Below, piece after piece: positions 24,484 through 36,300 of a stretch of DNA of 64,000 nucleotides. The notes beneath the pieces were generated by a model that was given only the letters and a program-made list of their open reading frames with translations, had not been told where the DNA came from and ran no database searches. Position numbers and translations under genes: made by a program. The stretch is from Heterodontus francisci (lineage: Eukaryota): assembly GCF_036365525.1 (NCBI RefSeq), contig NC_090416.1, positions 15,038,945 through 15,102,944 of the forward strand, written 5' to 3'. The first letter of the stretch is position 1. Each line of letters opens with the position of its first letter.

Positions 24484-27070
24484 CATAGAGTCATAGAGTT
24501 ATACAGCACAGAAATAGGCCCTTCGGCCCATCGTGTCTGTGCCGACCATCAAGCACCGAACTATTCTAATCCCATTTCCACCACTTGGCCTGTAGCCTTG
24601 TATGCTATGGCTTTCATGTACTCATCTAAATGCTTCTTAAATGAGGTGAGGGCTCCTTCCTCTACCACCTGTTCAAACAGTGTGTTCCTGATTCCAACCA
24701 CACACTGGGTAATATTATTTTCCCTCAAATCCCCTCCAAACCTCCTGCCCCTCACCTTAATCTATGCCCCCTGTTTATTGACACCTCCTCTAAGGGGAAA
24801 AGTTCCTTCCTATCTAACCCATCAATTCCACTCATAATTTTGTATATCTTAAACATGTCCCCTCTCAGCCTTCTCTTCTCTAAGGAAAGCAACCCTCGCC
24901 TTTTCAGTCTCTCTTCATAGCTGAAATGCTCCAACCCAGACAACATCCTGGTGAATCTGCTCTGTACCCTCTCCAGGGCAATTAGATCCTTCCTATAGTG
25001 TGGTGCCCAGAACTATACACAGTACTCCAGCTGTGGCCTAACTAGCGTTTTGTACAGCTCCATCATAACATCCCTGCTCTTATATTCTATGCCTCAGCTG
25101 ATAAAGGCATGTACCCCATATGCATTCATAACCACCGTTTCTGCCTGTGCTGCTGCCTTCAGTGATCTATGGACAAGTATACCAAGGTCCCTCTAACCCT
25201 TTGTACTTCATAGGGCCCTACCATCCATTGTATATTCCCTGGCCTTGTTAGTCCTCCCAAAATGTATCATCTCACACTTCTCAGGATTAAATTCCATTTG
25301 TCACTGCTCTTCCCACATTACCAGCACATCTATATCGTCCTGTAATCTAAGGCTTTCCTCCTTTATTTACGACACCATCAATTTTCGTGGAATCTGCAAA
25401 CTTACTGATCATACCATTCACGTCTAAATCATTAATGTACACTACAAACAGCAAGGGTCCCAACACCGATCCCTGTGGTACACCACTGGACACAGGCTTC
25501 CATTCACAAAAACAGCCCTCAACCATTACCTTCTGCCTCCTGTCACTAAGTCAATTATGGATCCAATTTGCCAAATTGCCCTGGATCCCATAGGCTGTTA
25601 GCTTCTGTACCAATCGCCCATGCAGGACCTTATCAAAAGCCTAACTGAAGTCCATGAAGACTACATCAACTGCTTTACCCTCATCAACACATCTAGTAAT
25701 GAAAAATTCAATCAAGTTAGTTAGACACGATTTCCCCCTGACAAAGCCATGCTGACTATCCCTGATTAATCCCTGCCTCTCCAAGTGTGGATTAATCCTG
25801 TCTCTCAGAATCTTTTCCAATAGTTTCCCAACCACTGATGTTAGATTCACCGGCCTGTAATTACTTGGTTTATCTCTGCTTCCCTTCTTGAATAATGGCA
25901 CCACATTCGCTGTCCTCCAATTCTCTGGAAGCTCTCCTGTGGCCAGAGAGGATTTTAAAATTTGTGTCCGAACCCCTACTGTCTCCTCCCTTGCCTTATA
26001 TAACAGCCTGGGATACATCTCATTTGGGCCTGGGGATTTATTCACTTTTAAGCCCGCTAAAGCAGCTAATACTTCCTCCCTTTCAATGCTAATATGTTCA
26101 AGTATATCACAATCCCCCTCCCTGATCCCAACACCTACATCGTCCTTCTCTATAGGGCACACAGATGAAAAGCAATCATTTAAAACCTCACCTATGTCCT
26201 TCGACTCCACACACAGATTGCCACTATGGACCCGAATGGGCCCTACTCTTTCCCTGGTTATCCTCTTGTCCTTAATATACTTACAGAATGCCTTACGATT
26301 TTCCTTTATCTTGCCCGCCAGTGTTTTCTCATGCCCCCGCTTCCCTCTCCTAATTTCTTTTTTAAGTGGCCACCTACACTTTCTATACTCTTCTCGAGCC
26401 TCTCTGTTTTCAGCGCTCTGAATCTACCATAAGTCTTCGTCTTTTCCTTATCCAATCCTCTGTATCCCTTGACATCCAGGGTTCCCTGGAATTATTGGTC
26501 CTACCCTTCACCTTAACGGCTACATGTTGGTTCTGAACTCTCACTATTTCCCCTTTGAATGAGTCCCACTGGTGTGATGCAGACTTTCCTACAAGTAGCT
26601 GTCCCCAATTCACTTTGGCCAGATCCTGTTTATCATATTGAAATCGGGCCTTCCCCCAATTCAGTACCTTTATTTCCAGTCCATATTTGTCCTTTTCCAT
26701 AGCTACCTTAAACCTTACAGAGTTATGGTCACTATCCCTGAAATGCACCCCCACTGACACTTCTACCACATGTCCGGTTTCATTCCTTAGGATTAGGTCC
26801 AGTACTGCCCCTTCTCCTGCAGGACTCTCTCCGTATTGGCTCAAAAAGCTCTCCTGTATGCATTTTAAACATTCCGCCCCCTTTAAGCCTTTTGCACTAA
26901 GACTATCCCAATTGATTTTGGGGAAGTGGAAATCCCTTATTATAATTACCCTACTATTTTTACACGTCTCTGAGATTTACCTACATATCTGCTCCTCTAT
27001 CTCTCCCTGACTGTTTGGAGGCCTGTAGTATACTCCCAGCAAAGTGATTGCCCCCTTTTCGTTATTCCCT
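24484..27070 (-). mobile_element. CR1-type LINE, about 2.6-kb ORF2 remnant (endonuclease end, RT, C-terminus)
   Basis: Broken ORFs 26410-26844 (LDLIL..SDHN), 25641-26210 (KSPGP..PENWRTANVVPLFKKG..NYRPV..QHGF..SCLTNL..DFS) and 24752-24946. Confidence 0.95.
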
Positions 27071-28514
27071 TTGATCCCTACACATGTGCATCAAAGGATC
27101 TGAGTATTCAGGATCTATATAACTATATGGAATGGAAGTGTGCAATTACATTAGAGCTAGGCCTTTCAGGGCTGATGTCAGGAAGCACATCTTCACATAA
27201 TGGGGAGTGGAAATCTGGAACTCCCTCTCCCGAAACGCTGGGAGGGGTCAATTGACATTTTCAGAACTGAAATGGACATTTTTTGTGGGTTAAGGGGATT
27301 TCAGGGATAGGGAACAAGGCAGGGAGATGGAGTTAAGAGACAGATCAGCCATGATATAATTGAATGGGGGAACAAACTCATGGGGCTAAACGGCCTCCTC
27401 CTGTTCCTATGCACGTGTTACCAAAGGATTATCTGTTCAAATATTAACAGGAAAATCGAGGATTGATGTCAGGAGGTTCATCACACAGAGACTGATCAAC
27501 ACTGGGAATGGTCCTCTGGGTAGGGTGGGGTGTGTGAACTCCCCTGCGGTCATTTCAGAAACAATTCATTGTCCTGAGGGGTGAGGAGGACTGAACCTTT
27601 CTGGGTGGATGAGCCATGTTGAGCAGAATGACCTTTTCCATCTGCATCATCTAACAAATGTCTCCAAATCCTCTTTACAATATTCATACAGAATATATTT
27701 CACCGCATAATAAGCTGATATGAATTTGGGAATGTTTCTATCCGCTCAGGCCATGAATCACAAGAGGTTGCCGATTAGATCAGAGTCTAATAACCAACTC
27801 AATTATCCAGTAATCATCACACCAATGGTCTCAATCCCAGCTTTGTAATGTATATGAAATTAAAGCTGGACGCAAAATATATCACCCCCATCTCAGTGAA
27901 CCATTGAATCTTACTCACACATTTGACTGATTTTCTAATGTGAAGAGCGAATTGTGTTAAAGTTAGTGATTATTCACATCGCCAGCAAACCGTTTTACTG
28001 CCGAAGTCGCTGAACTGCAATATCAAAGAGCAGATTTATTTAAACTAGTGTGCTTGAAGAGTAACTGTAACAGTCTTCACTCCCAGGACACAATCAGAGA
28101 AAGCTCGGCTTCACTAACACTGCAGCATCAACATTAATGCAGCTTAAATCCCGAGTCAGTGCCTGAAATCTCCTGTCAGTCCTTCTGCCTACTTTTAACC
28201 CACACACTTGCCTTCTGAATGTCTTTGCAAATTGCTTTGGGAGATATCCTGAGCGCATCCAGACTGAACTATTAAACAACTGAAATCACAAACCTATCAT
28301 TAGTTTACAAATCTCTTTTATTGTAATTGTAACTCGGACACTGATACTTTGTAAAGATTGCTTGAATTATATCCAGCTCACATGCTGTATAAAGATTCAC
28401 AATGTAATTAAAAATCACCAATCCAAGAAAGTGGAAACATATGAGACTGAACTGAAAATGCAGGCGATATATCATCGTCAGAATAGGGAACATTCAGAGG
28501 GAATTCACAGATTC

Positions 28515-29860
28515 CCGAGAGATTAGCGGGAGACAGCATGGTTTTGTTTATTAGTGACAGACAGCATGGTTTTGTGAAGGGGAGGTCGTGTTTTACGAAT
28601 TTGATTGAGTTTTTTGAGGAAGTGACGAAGATGATTGATGAGGGAAGGGCGGTGGATGTTGTCTATATGTACTTTAGTAAGGCCTTTGACAAGGTCCCGC
28701 ATGGCAGACTGGTGCAAAAGGTGAAGTCACACGGGATCAGAGGTGAGCTGGCAAGATGGATACAGAACTGGCTCGGTCACAGAAGACAGAGGGTAACAGT
28801 GGATGGGTGTTTTTCTGAATGGAGGGATGTGATGAGTGGTGTTCCGCAGGGATCAGTGCTGGGACCTTTGCTGTTTGTAGTATATATAAATGATTTGGAG
28901 GAAAATGTAGCTGGTCTGATTAGTAAGTTTGCGGATGACACAAAGGTTGGTGGAGTTGCGGATAATGATGAGGATTGTCAGAGGATACAGCAGGATATAG
29001 ATCAGTTGGAGACTTGGGCGGAGAAATGGCAGATGGTGTTTAATCCGGATAAATGTGAGGTAATGCATTTTGGAAGGTCTAACGCAGGTGGGAGGTATGC
29101 AGTAAATGGCAGAACCCTTAGGAGTATTGACAGGCAGAGAGATCTGGGCGTACAGGTCCACAGGTCACTGAAAGTGGCAACGCAGGTGGATAAGGTAGTC
29201 AAGAAGGCATTCGGCATGCTTGCCTTCATCGGTCGGGGCATAGAGTATAAAAATTGGCAAGTCATGTGCAGCTGTACAGAACCTTAGTTAGGCCACACTT
29301 AGAATATTGCGTGCAATTCTGTTTGCCACACTACCAGAAGGACGTGGAGGCTTTGGAGAGGGTACAGAGGAGGTTTACCAGGATGTTGCCTGGTCTGGAG
29401 GGCATTAGCTATGAGGAGAGGTTGGAAAAACTCGGTTTGTTTTCACTGGAACGACGGAGGTGGAGGGGCGACATGATAGAGGTTTATAAAGTTATGAGCG
29501 GCATGGACAGAGTGGATAGTCAGAAGCTTTTTCCCAGGGTGGAAGAGTCAGTTACTAGGGGACATAGATTTAAGGTGCGAGGGGCAAAGTTTAGAGGGGA
29601 TGTGCGAGGCAAGTTTTTTACACTGAGGGTGGTGAGTGCCTGGAACTTGCTGCAAGGGGAGGTGGTGGAAGCAGATACGATAGCGACGTTTAAGAGACAT
29701 CTTGACAAATACATGAATAGGAAGGGAATAGAGGGATATGGGCCCCGGAAGTGCAGAAGGTGTTAGTTTAGGCAGGCATCAAGATCTGCGCAGGCTTGGA
29801 GGGCCGAATGGCCTGTTCCTGTGCTGTACTGTTCTTTGTTCTTTGTTCTTTGTTCTTTGT
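28515..29860 (+). mobile_element. Young 5'-truncated CR1 LINE (RT domain) inserted in the 3' UTR of B1
   Basis: ORFs 28538-29287 ([19 protein letters not shown]) and 29254-29766 are separated by one frameshift, with a (TCTTTGT)n tail. The empty site is visible at 38435-38450. Confidence 0.96.
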
Positions 29861-29997
29861 TGAGTGCAATCGGAAAAGTGCGCCAAAATTTGGCTGAAAT
29901 TGCGCCTGTTAGACTGAAGGGCTCTCCGGCCAAACAGCGGAAACTTTCTGCAACACGTTTTATCCCGGAAGCAGGGTGTGAGCGCTTGCTTTTCCCA

Positions 29998-32318
29998 TCA
30001 GAGTTTGGGATTCTCGTTGAACGCCAGGCGAGCGTAAAGTGTCTGTGAGAGAACACAGAAAACATTAACGTAACCCAGATCATCATCAGCAGACCAGGCC
30101 CCTCTAGTCTGTTGCCCCATTCAGTTAGATCATGGCTCATCTGTATCTTAACTCCATCTACCCGCCTTGGTCCTGTGACTCAATAACTATGAATTTTTAA
30201 ATTTGGATTAAAAATCAGTGTAAGGTAATCGTAACAATTTCATTCATATTTACCTCCTTTTCTTGTACACGTGGTCTGGAATTCGGCAGTTCCTCATCAC
30301 TGTTCATGTTGCCTGATAGAGAGAGAAACTTAAACTGACTCTCAATGTCCACATTTCACATTGAACCAGTCGCTAACGTGTTAAGAGCAAATAGCACAAT
30401 AATAAATAGATGGATTGAGAGCGCCGCGGAGTTGCAGCGCCTCCCGACAATGGGTACCTGACTGCCGCTTCCTGCAGCTTCTTCCCGCAGTGAACACAAC
30501 CATCCCGAGAAGGAGAAGCGCCGCCGCCGCCAAAGAACTCAAATAAATCGGTAAATCGCAGGAGGTGTGTAGCGGAGAGCCTGCAAAAAAAAACAGCTTT
30601 CTTTCAAGACGTTTGTTAAAAATAGTTTAACAAGTGAAGAAATTTGGCAAAACAAATGTGTAATTTCACACGCAAATCGGAAATTGGTTTTACATCTTCC
30701 ACCATCCTTAAATGGAGCAGATATCTTATAGCAGAAAGTTTAACTGGGACAGAGATATATTGATCGATAGATGAATACATGGATAGACACGTGAATTGAT
30801 ACATAGATACGTAGATAGATAGATGGAGAGAGAGAGAGACGGATAGAGCAGGTATCGTACACCACTGTTTAACTGCGGCAGACAGATATTTTGCTGATGG
30901 TAGGCAGACAGTCAGACAGAAAGTTTAATAGATAATTCTTTAAATACATGCGGAGAGAAAGTGGCGGACTTCAAATATAATCGCATCTTCCTACTTTACG
31001 CTCTGACTAGTTAGACAGAGACTGACCTCCAGCCATGAAAGTATGGCCCAGCTGGACATTAGAACTTAAGAGATGGGAACGGGAGTAGGCCATTCGGCCC
31101 CTCGTGGTTGCTGCCCCATTCAATAAGATCATGGTTAATTTTCTGCCTCAACTCCATTATCCGGTCGCATCCCCACATTCCTTAATTCCCTTAGTGGCCA
31201 ATAATCTATCAGTCTCTGCCATGAATATATTCAATGTCTGATCAACCACAGCTCTCTGGGATAGGGAGAACAGATAGACTTAAACATTCAGAAAGATAAA
31301 CACTGAATATTGAGAGATAGGCGATAGGTCGATGATGAGATCATTCGGTATGGACACGTGGAAAGACAGAGGCTTACAATGTAGAATGCTTTACTGTTAT
31401 ATATTTCAGCCTTACATCATCATTAAATACATTAGTAAAGGGTCATTTTTAATAGTTACCTCTCTGAGATGAGACACTTTCACTGATAGGATTCTCTGTA
31501 GAGTTGATTTGAACAGTGCAAGTACAAACAACGCCGCTGCTCCAAGATTCCACCGGGACGCTGATGTGACTCCTGACACTGTATGTCCCGTCCTCGTCTA
31601 TTGTCCCGGAATCTGTCTGTCCCTCGATCACCCGTCCGGAAACATTCCAGCGGATGGGAAAGGAATGGGGAGACAGACCTCTTACCAAACATATCAATGG
31701 GACCCTTTCTATGGAGGGAATTTCATCCGGGGGTGGAGTTAAGAGAAACACGGCCGGGGGACCCGCTAAAGTGGGGAGATATAACAGAACCAAGATTAAC
31801 GGTTTTAAAAGACACATTTTAATCGACATGTAAATGTCCATCTGAATGAAATATTGCTGAAGATTTACCTGTAACCACCAGCTTGGAGCCATTTCCAAAT
31901 ATTTGGGCCATGCTCTGGGAATTGCGAGTTGCACAGTAATACATCCCAGAATCATTTCTCTGTACATTTGAAATCACCAGAGAATAATTACCCGATTTAT
32001 CATCAATCTCACCGGAAAACCTTCCATCTGCCGGGAGGTATTGGCCCACTTTGTAAACGAGCTGCATGTCCCTCCATTGCTGCTGTCTGTACCAGAGGAC
32101 AAGGCTAGCTACTAACCTCTCGGTGTGGCAATTCAGTTTAACAAGACTCCCCATAGGGACTGTTTGACTCAGCGGAGACTGCGACAAGACGGTCTGAGAG
32201 ACAACAACTGAAGAGAAGACAAAACATATTCACGTCAGGTTATGGACCCCCGAACACAACCTTTGGCCAAGATAAATAAAAATCTAAAATTGCTTCGAAA
32301 AGCGCAACCAGAGCGCAT
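29998..32318 (-). CDS. Non-rearranging VJ-C1 receptor, subfamily B, gene B1 (apparently intact, 309 aa type I membrane protein)
   Basis: Exons: L 32261-32318 (MRSGCAFRSNFRFLFILAK; least certain, 53-nt intron), V(J) 31869-32207 (..C..WYRQ..GRFSG..DSGMYYCATRNSQSMAQIFGNGSKLVVT), C1 31460-31765, TM 30458-30580 (GSPLHTSCDLPIYLSSLAAAALLLLGMVVFTAGRSCRKRQS), cytoplasmic 30254-30312, last 29998-30042 (TLYARLAFNENPKL*). All GT/AG; the 930-nt join is open. Confidence 0.88.
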
Positions 32319-34474
32319 GTCGGAAAATCGGGCGCCCTGTGCACTGTTAATATCCTGGGTACCTATGCACCCGCCGTGTTGGCTGCGCCGGTTTTACCCT
32401 CACTTTCCAGAGGCGCAGACCGAGTCCATTCACCGCCAAATCTAGTTTTCTCACTGGGGGGGAACATGGAAACTGTCGGAAGTTGAGATTTAAAGAGCCT
32501 CTTTCAAGGCTACATTTTCCAGCTATGATTTTCCTCATCTACCAGGAGGAAATTCAGTTTCGGATTAATTTCATTCATGGGTGTTAGTGATCCAATTCCA
32601 TGTCGCTGCATTGCCATTGACTGGAGAACATGGTTTTCAAACTAACTGAATACATTCGTTTTTCTTATTCAAATTGTGCGCTATGTCAGCTTCTCGAATA
32701 ATACAGGACAGAAAATCACAACACCTCGCTGTGTTAATAAAATATCCTCATCTCCCCCTCTGGTACTTTTAACTATTACCTTATATCTGTGTCCCTCTGG
32801 TTACCGACTCTCCTGCCAACGGAAACAGGTACATACTTACTCTATCCAAACCCTTCTTATTTACTCTATCCAAACCCTTCTCCACTCTATCAGAACATGT
32901 CAGGATATCTCACCCTGGATGAGATGGGACAAAGCGCAGGCACCGAGGAAGCTCATTGTCCGTGACCCCGACGGTGATCTCTTAATTACCGGTCAGTAAC
33001 TCACTGACAAATCGCTCTTGTTCTATTGTTGCTGAAGGAGGTGTGAAGTGGAGAGCAGGTGGCGGAAATTGCCCTCTGTGTTTATTAATAAATACACAAC
33101 TGGGCTGGTAAATAGTGTTGAGGTAGAGAACTCTCTGTGGGTTTCCTGTTTTGACAAGGTCGAGTGCTGACTCGCACACATACAGTATCTGTTTTACAAA
33201 AAGACTCACGTTTTTACTCATATTAGTTAGGCCACACTTGGAGTTACAGTTTACAGTTCTGGTGTCCACATTATAGAAAGGTTATAGAGGCACTGGGGAA
33301 GGTGCAATAAATATTCACCAGCATGATACCAGAACTGAGAGGTTTTGACTATCAGTAAAGGTGGAACAGGTTGTATTCTCCTCAAAATAGCATAAAATAT
33401 ACAGCACAGAAAACAGGTCATTCGGCCCATCTGATCCCTGCAGGGGTTGAAGCTCCAAACGAACCTCTGCCCACCCCTCTTCTTCTCACCCTATCAGCAT
33501 ATCTTTTTATTCCTTTCTCCCTCGTGTGTTTATCCAACTTCCCCTTATATGTATCTCTGCTATTCATCTTAACCACCCCCTGTGGTAGCGAGTTCCACAT
33601 TCTCACCACTCTCTGGGGAAAGACGTTTCTCATGAACTTCCAATTCAATTTCTTAGTAACTATCGTATATTCGTGGCTCCTAGTTCTCACCTCGCCCACA
33701 ATTGGAAACATATTCCCTACTGATAGACAATAGTGGATAGCATCTATTCAGACTTATCTATTACAGGGGTGAGCACAAACTTGAGGGACGGAGATTTCAG
33801 AACCAATGAAAATGGATTAAGCAAGCAAAACAGAAGCAGATAAGGCTCATGGACAGTGCAAGGAACAGACTTGAGGGAGGATCCTAGGAAGGACAGAGGG
33901 TCAGAGGGACCTTGGTGTACTTGCCCATAGATCACGGAAGGCAGCAGGACAGGAAGATATTGTGATTAGGAAGGCATATGGGATGCTTGCCTCGATTAGA
34001 CGAGGCACAGAATATAAGAGCAGGGAAGTTATGATGGAGCTGTATAAAACGTTAGTTACGCCACAGTTGGAATACTGTGTACAGTTCTGGTCGCCACACT
34101 ATCGGAAGGATGTGATTGCGCTGGAGAGGGGGCAGAGGAGACTCACGAGGATGTTGCCTGGGCTGGAGCATTTCAGCTATAAAGAGAGACTGCATAAGCT
34201 AGGGTTGTTTTCCTTCGAGCAGGAAAGGCTGAGGAGGGGTGTTGGGGGGGGCGGGGGTGGAGGGGTCCTGATTGAAGTATACAAAATCATGAGGGGCACA
34301 GAAGAAACTTTTGCCCTTAGCGGAGGTGTCAATAACCAGGGGTCATTGATTTAAAGTAAGGGGCAGAATGTTTTGAGGGGATTTAAGGAACAATTGTTTT
34401 CACCCAGAAGGTGTTGGAATCTGGAACACACTGCCTGAAGAGGTGGTAGGGGCAGGAAGCCTCACTACATTTAA

Positions 34475-36300
34475 CCCTGTCAAACCCAGTTAAACCCCAA
34501 CACCCATTGCAATTGTATATGTTTATATTTTCCACGTTCTTTTAAGATTAATTCTAAGACCACTCCTCAATTCTCTTCTAAATATTTATGGCATGTCACC
34601 CAGGATTTACAAGAAGTAACACTTGTTTCATTTTTTTTCCGTATGCAGTGTTAGCTTGAGAGAGAGAACGCAAGAGGGGGCCGGAATGAGCGACGATCAG
34701 GTAAGTTTGGATTGAAATATTGGTGTAGATTTTATATCAAAGGCGGAAAAGCTAAAGCATTAAACAAGTACATTTCCCACCATCAAAATATTATCAATAG
34801 TGCGGCTGTCTGTTGGTCCCACAAAAAAAGGCTAATGTGTCAGATGGGCAATAGAGGCCGGACACTGGTGGTAGATCGTTCGAGTCCATTGGCGTATTTA
34901 GGGCCATTGACGCATGGGGGATCATTGACGTAATGGGGGAACAATGACGTCATTGAGACCATTGGGGTCTTTGGGACTATTTGTGTTACAGGGAACATTG
35001 AAGTATGGAGGACCACTGGATCATTGGGTGCATTGGTGCAGTGGCGGATCATTGGCGCACTTTGCCCCTGTAATTAATTATGGATTATCCAGACTGGGAT
35101 AATATTTCACTTCATATCTTAATCATTAATACACAGATGACAACTGACAAACAGAGGCGAGGTGGACACATCAGGATGTAATACAGGTAAGCTCAGTGAA
35201 ACTGTTTGTATAATATACAGGAAGTTGATTTTTTAGGATAAGGTTCCACATGTCTCATGCTGGATATTTCACATGGTAAACAGACCAGGGCACAGTTTGG
35301 AGCATCCTCATTTGTATCAAAACCTACTCGTCCCTCCAATTAGAAACAGATCATATCCCACAGCCCTCTCCCCATCTGATAACAGAAAGGACTGATTAAT
35401 GATTCCGGTGGAACACCTTCGTTTATGTTTCTATTTGAGATTGCCAGATTTCTGCTATTTTTTGTTTTGTTTCTCTCCAAAGTGAGAATGTCCGGCCACA
35501 TTAGTTCAGACACTTTTTGTGTACACACATTGAGCAAACGATTCTCAAATTTTATAAAGAGGGCGGAGGAAACAGTTTCAACAGTAAATTCTAAAAGGGT
35601 ATTGTCTAAATACGTGAAGAATAATACTATTGCAGGGCTATTGGAATAGAGCAAGCGGGACTGGGACCTATTGGATCGCCCTTTCTAAGAGCTGGCACAA
35701 GTATGATGAGCCGAATGTTCTCCCTCTGTGTTCTATCCATTCTATGATTCTAAGAAACACGATTGCAGAACGGGATAGTTTGACCTGTCTTCAACTATCT
35801 TTGAATGTTAATGTATAATGTAATTTCCAGTCTCAGGGCAGACCACTCGACGCCTCTCTGGAGTTTGCTGCATTGGAAAAGAGATCAAAACAGAAGGCGG
35901 GTCGCAGATGGGAAGCCGGATGGTTTCTATCTGGTGAACTATGGAGGAGACAGGATTTGCAAAAGAACCCAGAACCTTGCGGAAATAAGAATGAAGCTGA
36001 GGAAACTCCCATCAAATACCGAAACTGTTTCCGTGCACTGGCCAGTATTTACAAAGACTGTGCGGCTCTTCTTGTGAAATGTAAAAGAACGGGTTTGGAG
36101 TCTTGGTACGGTTATTTTACTGTGTTAGTGCAATTCAAGTGTGAAAAACATGAAGAAAAGAATCGGGGGTTTTCCTGTTTGAGTTTCTCTGAGACTTTTC
36201 TGCTGATCCTGTAGGTCCAGTCACTGACAGGATTTAGGTTTTTGTTTTGAAAACGCCTGCATGTAAATAAAATAAATTATTCTTCGACTCTTAAGGTGCA
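34475..36300 (+). pseudogene. A3: 3' remnant of a subfamily A gene (cytoplasmic exons and 3' UTR only)
   Basis: Exons 34649-34700 (-1 nt), 35137-35186 (CGA changed to TGA), and the last exon from 35831 (YASL changed to DASL, stop lost). The AATAAA region near 36267 matches A1/A2. Confidence 0.85.

Larger units (their letters stand above)
27400..34474. repeat. Segmental duplication (B1 unit), direct paralog of about 36790-42860
   Basis: Colinear matches: 27400~36800, 28070~37995, 29861~38446, 31460~39339, 33135~41687, 34461~42843. Confidence 0.88.

Noticed and set aside
25888-26421. Many 60-180 aa ORFs antisense to, or within, LINE/SINE copies
   Set aside because: Shadow ORFs of CR1 and other repeats, not host genes.
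12898-32318. Calling the A/B genes TCR chains or germline-joined Ig light chains
   Set aside because: They lack charged TM residues and the TCR TM motif, have multi-exon tyrosine-bearing tails, and have V-C introns of about 100 nt. Ig light chains have no TM.
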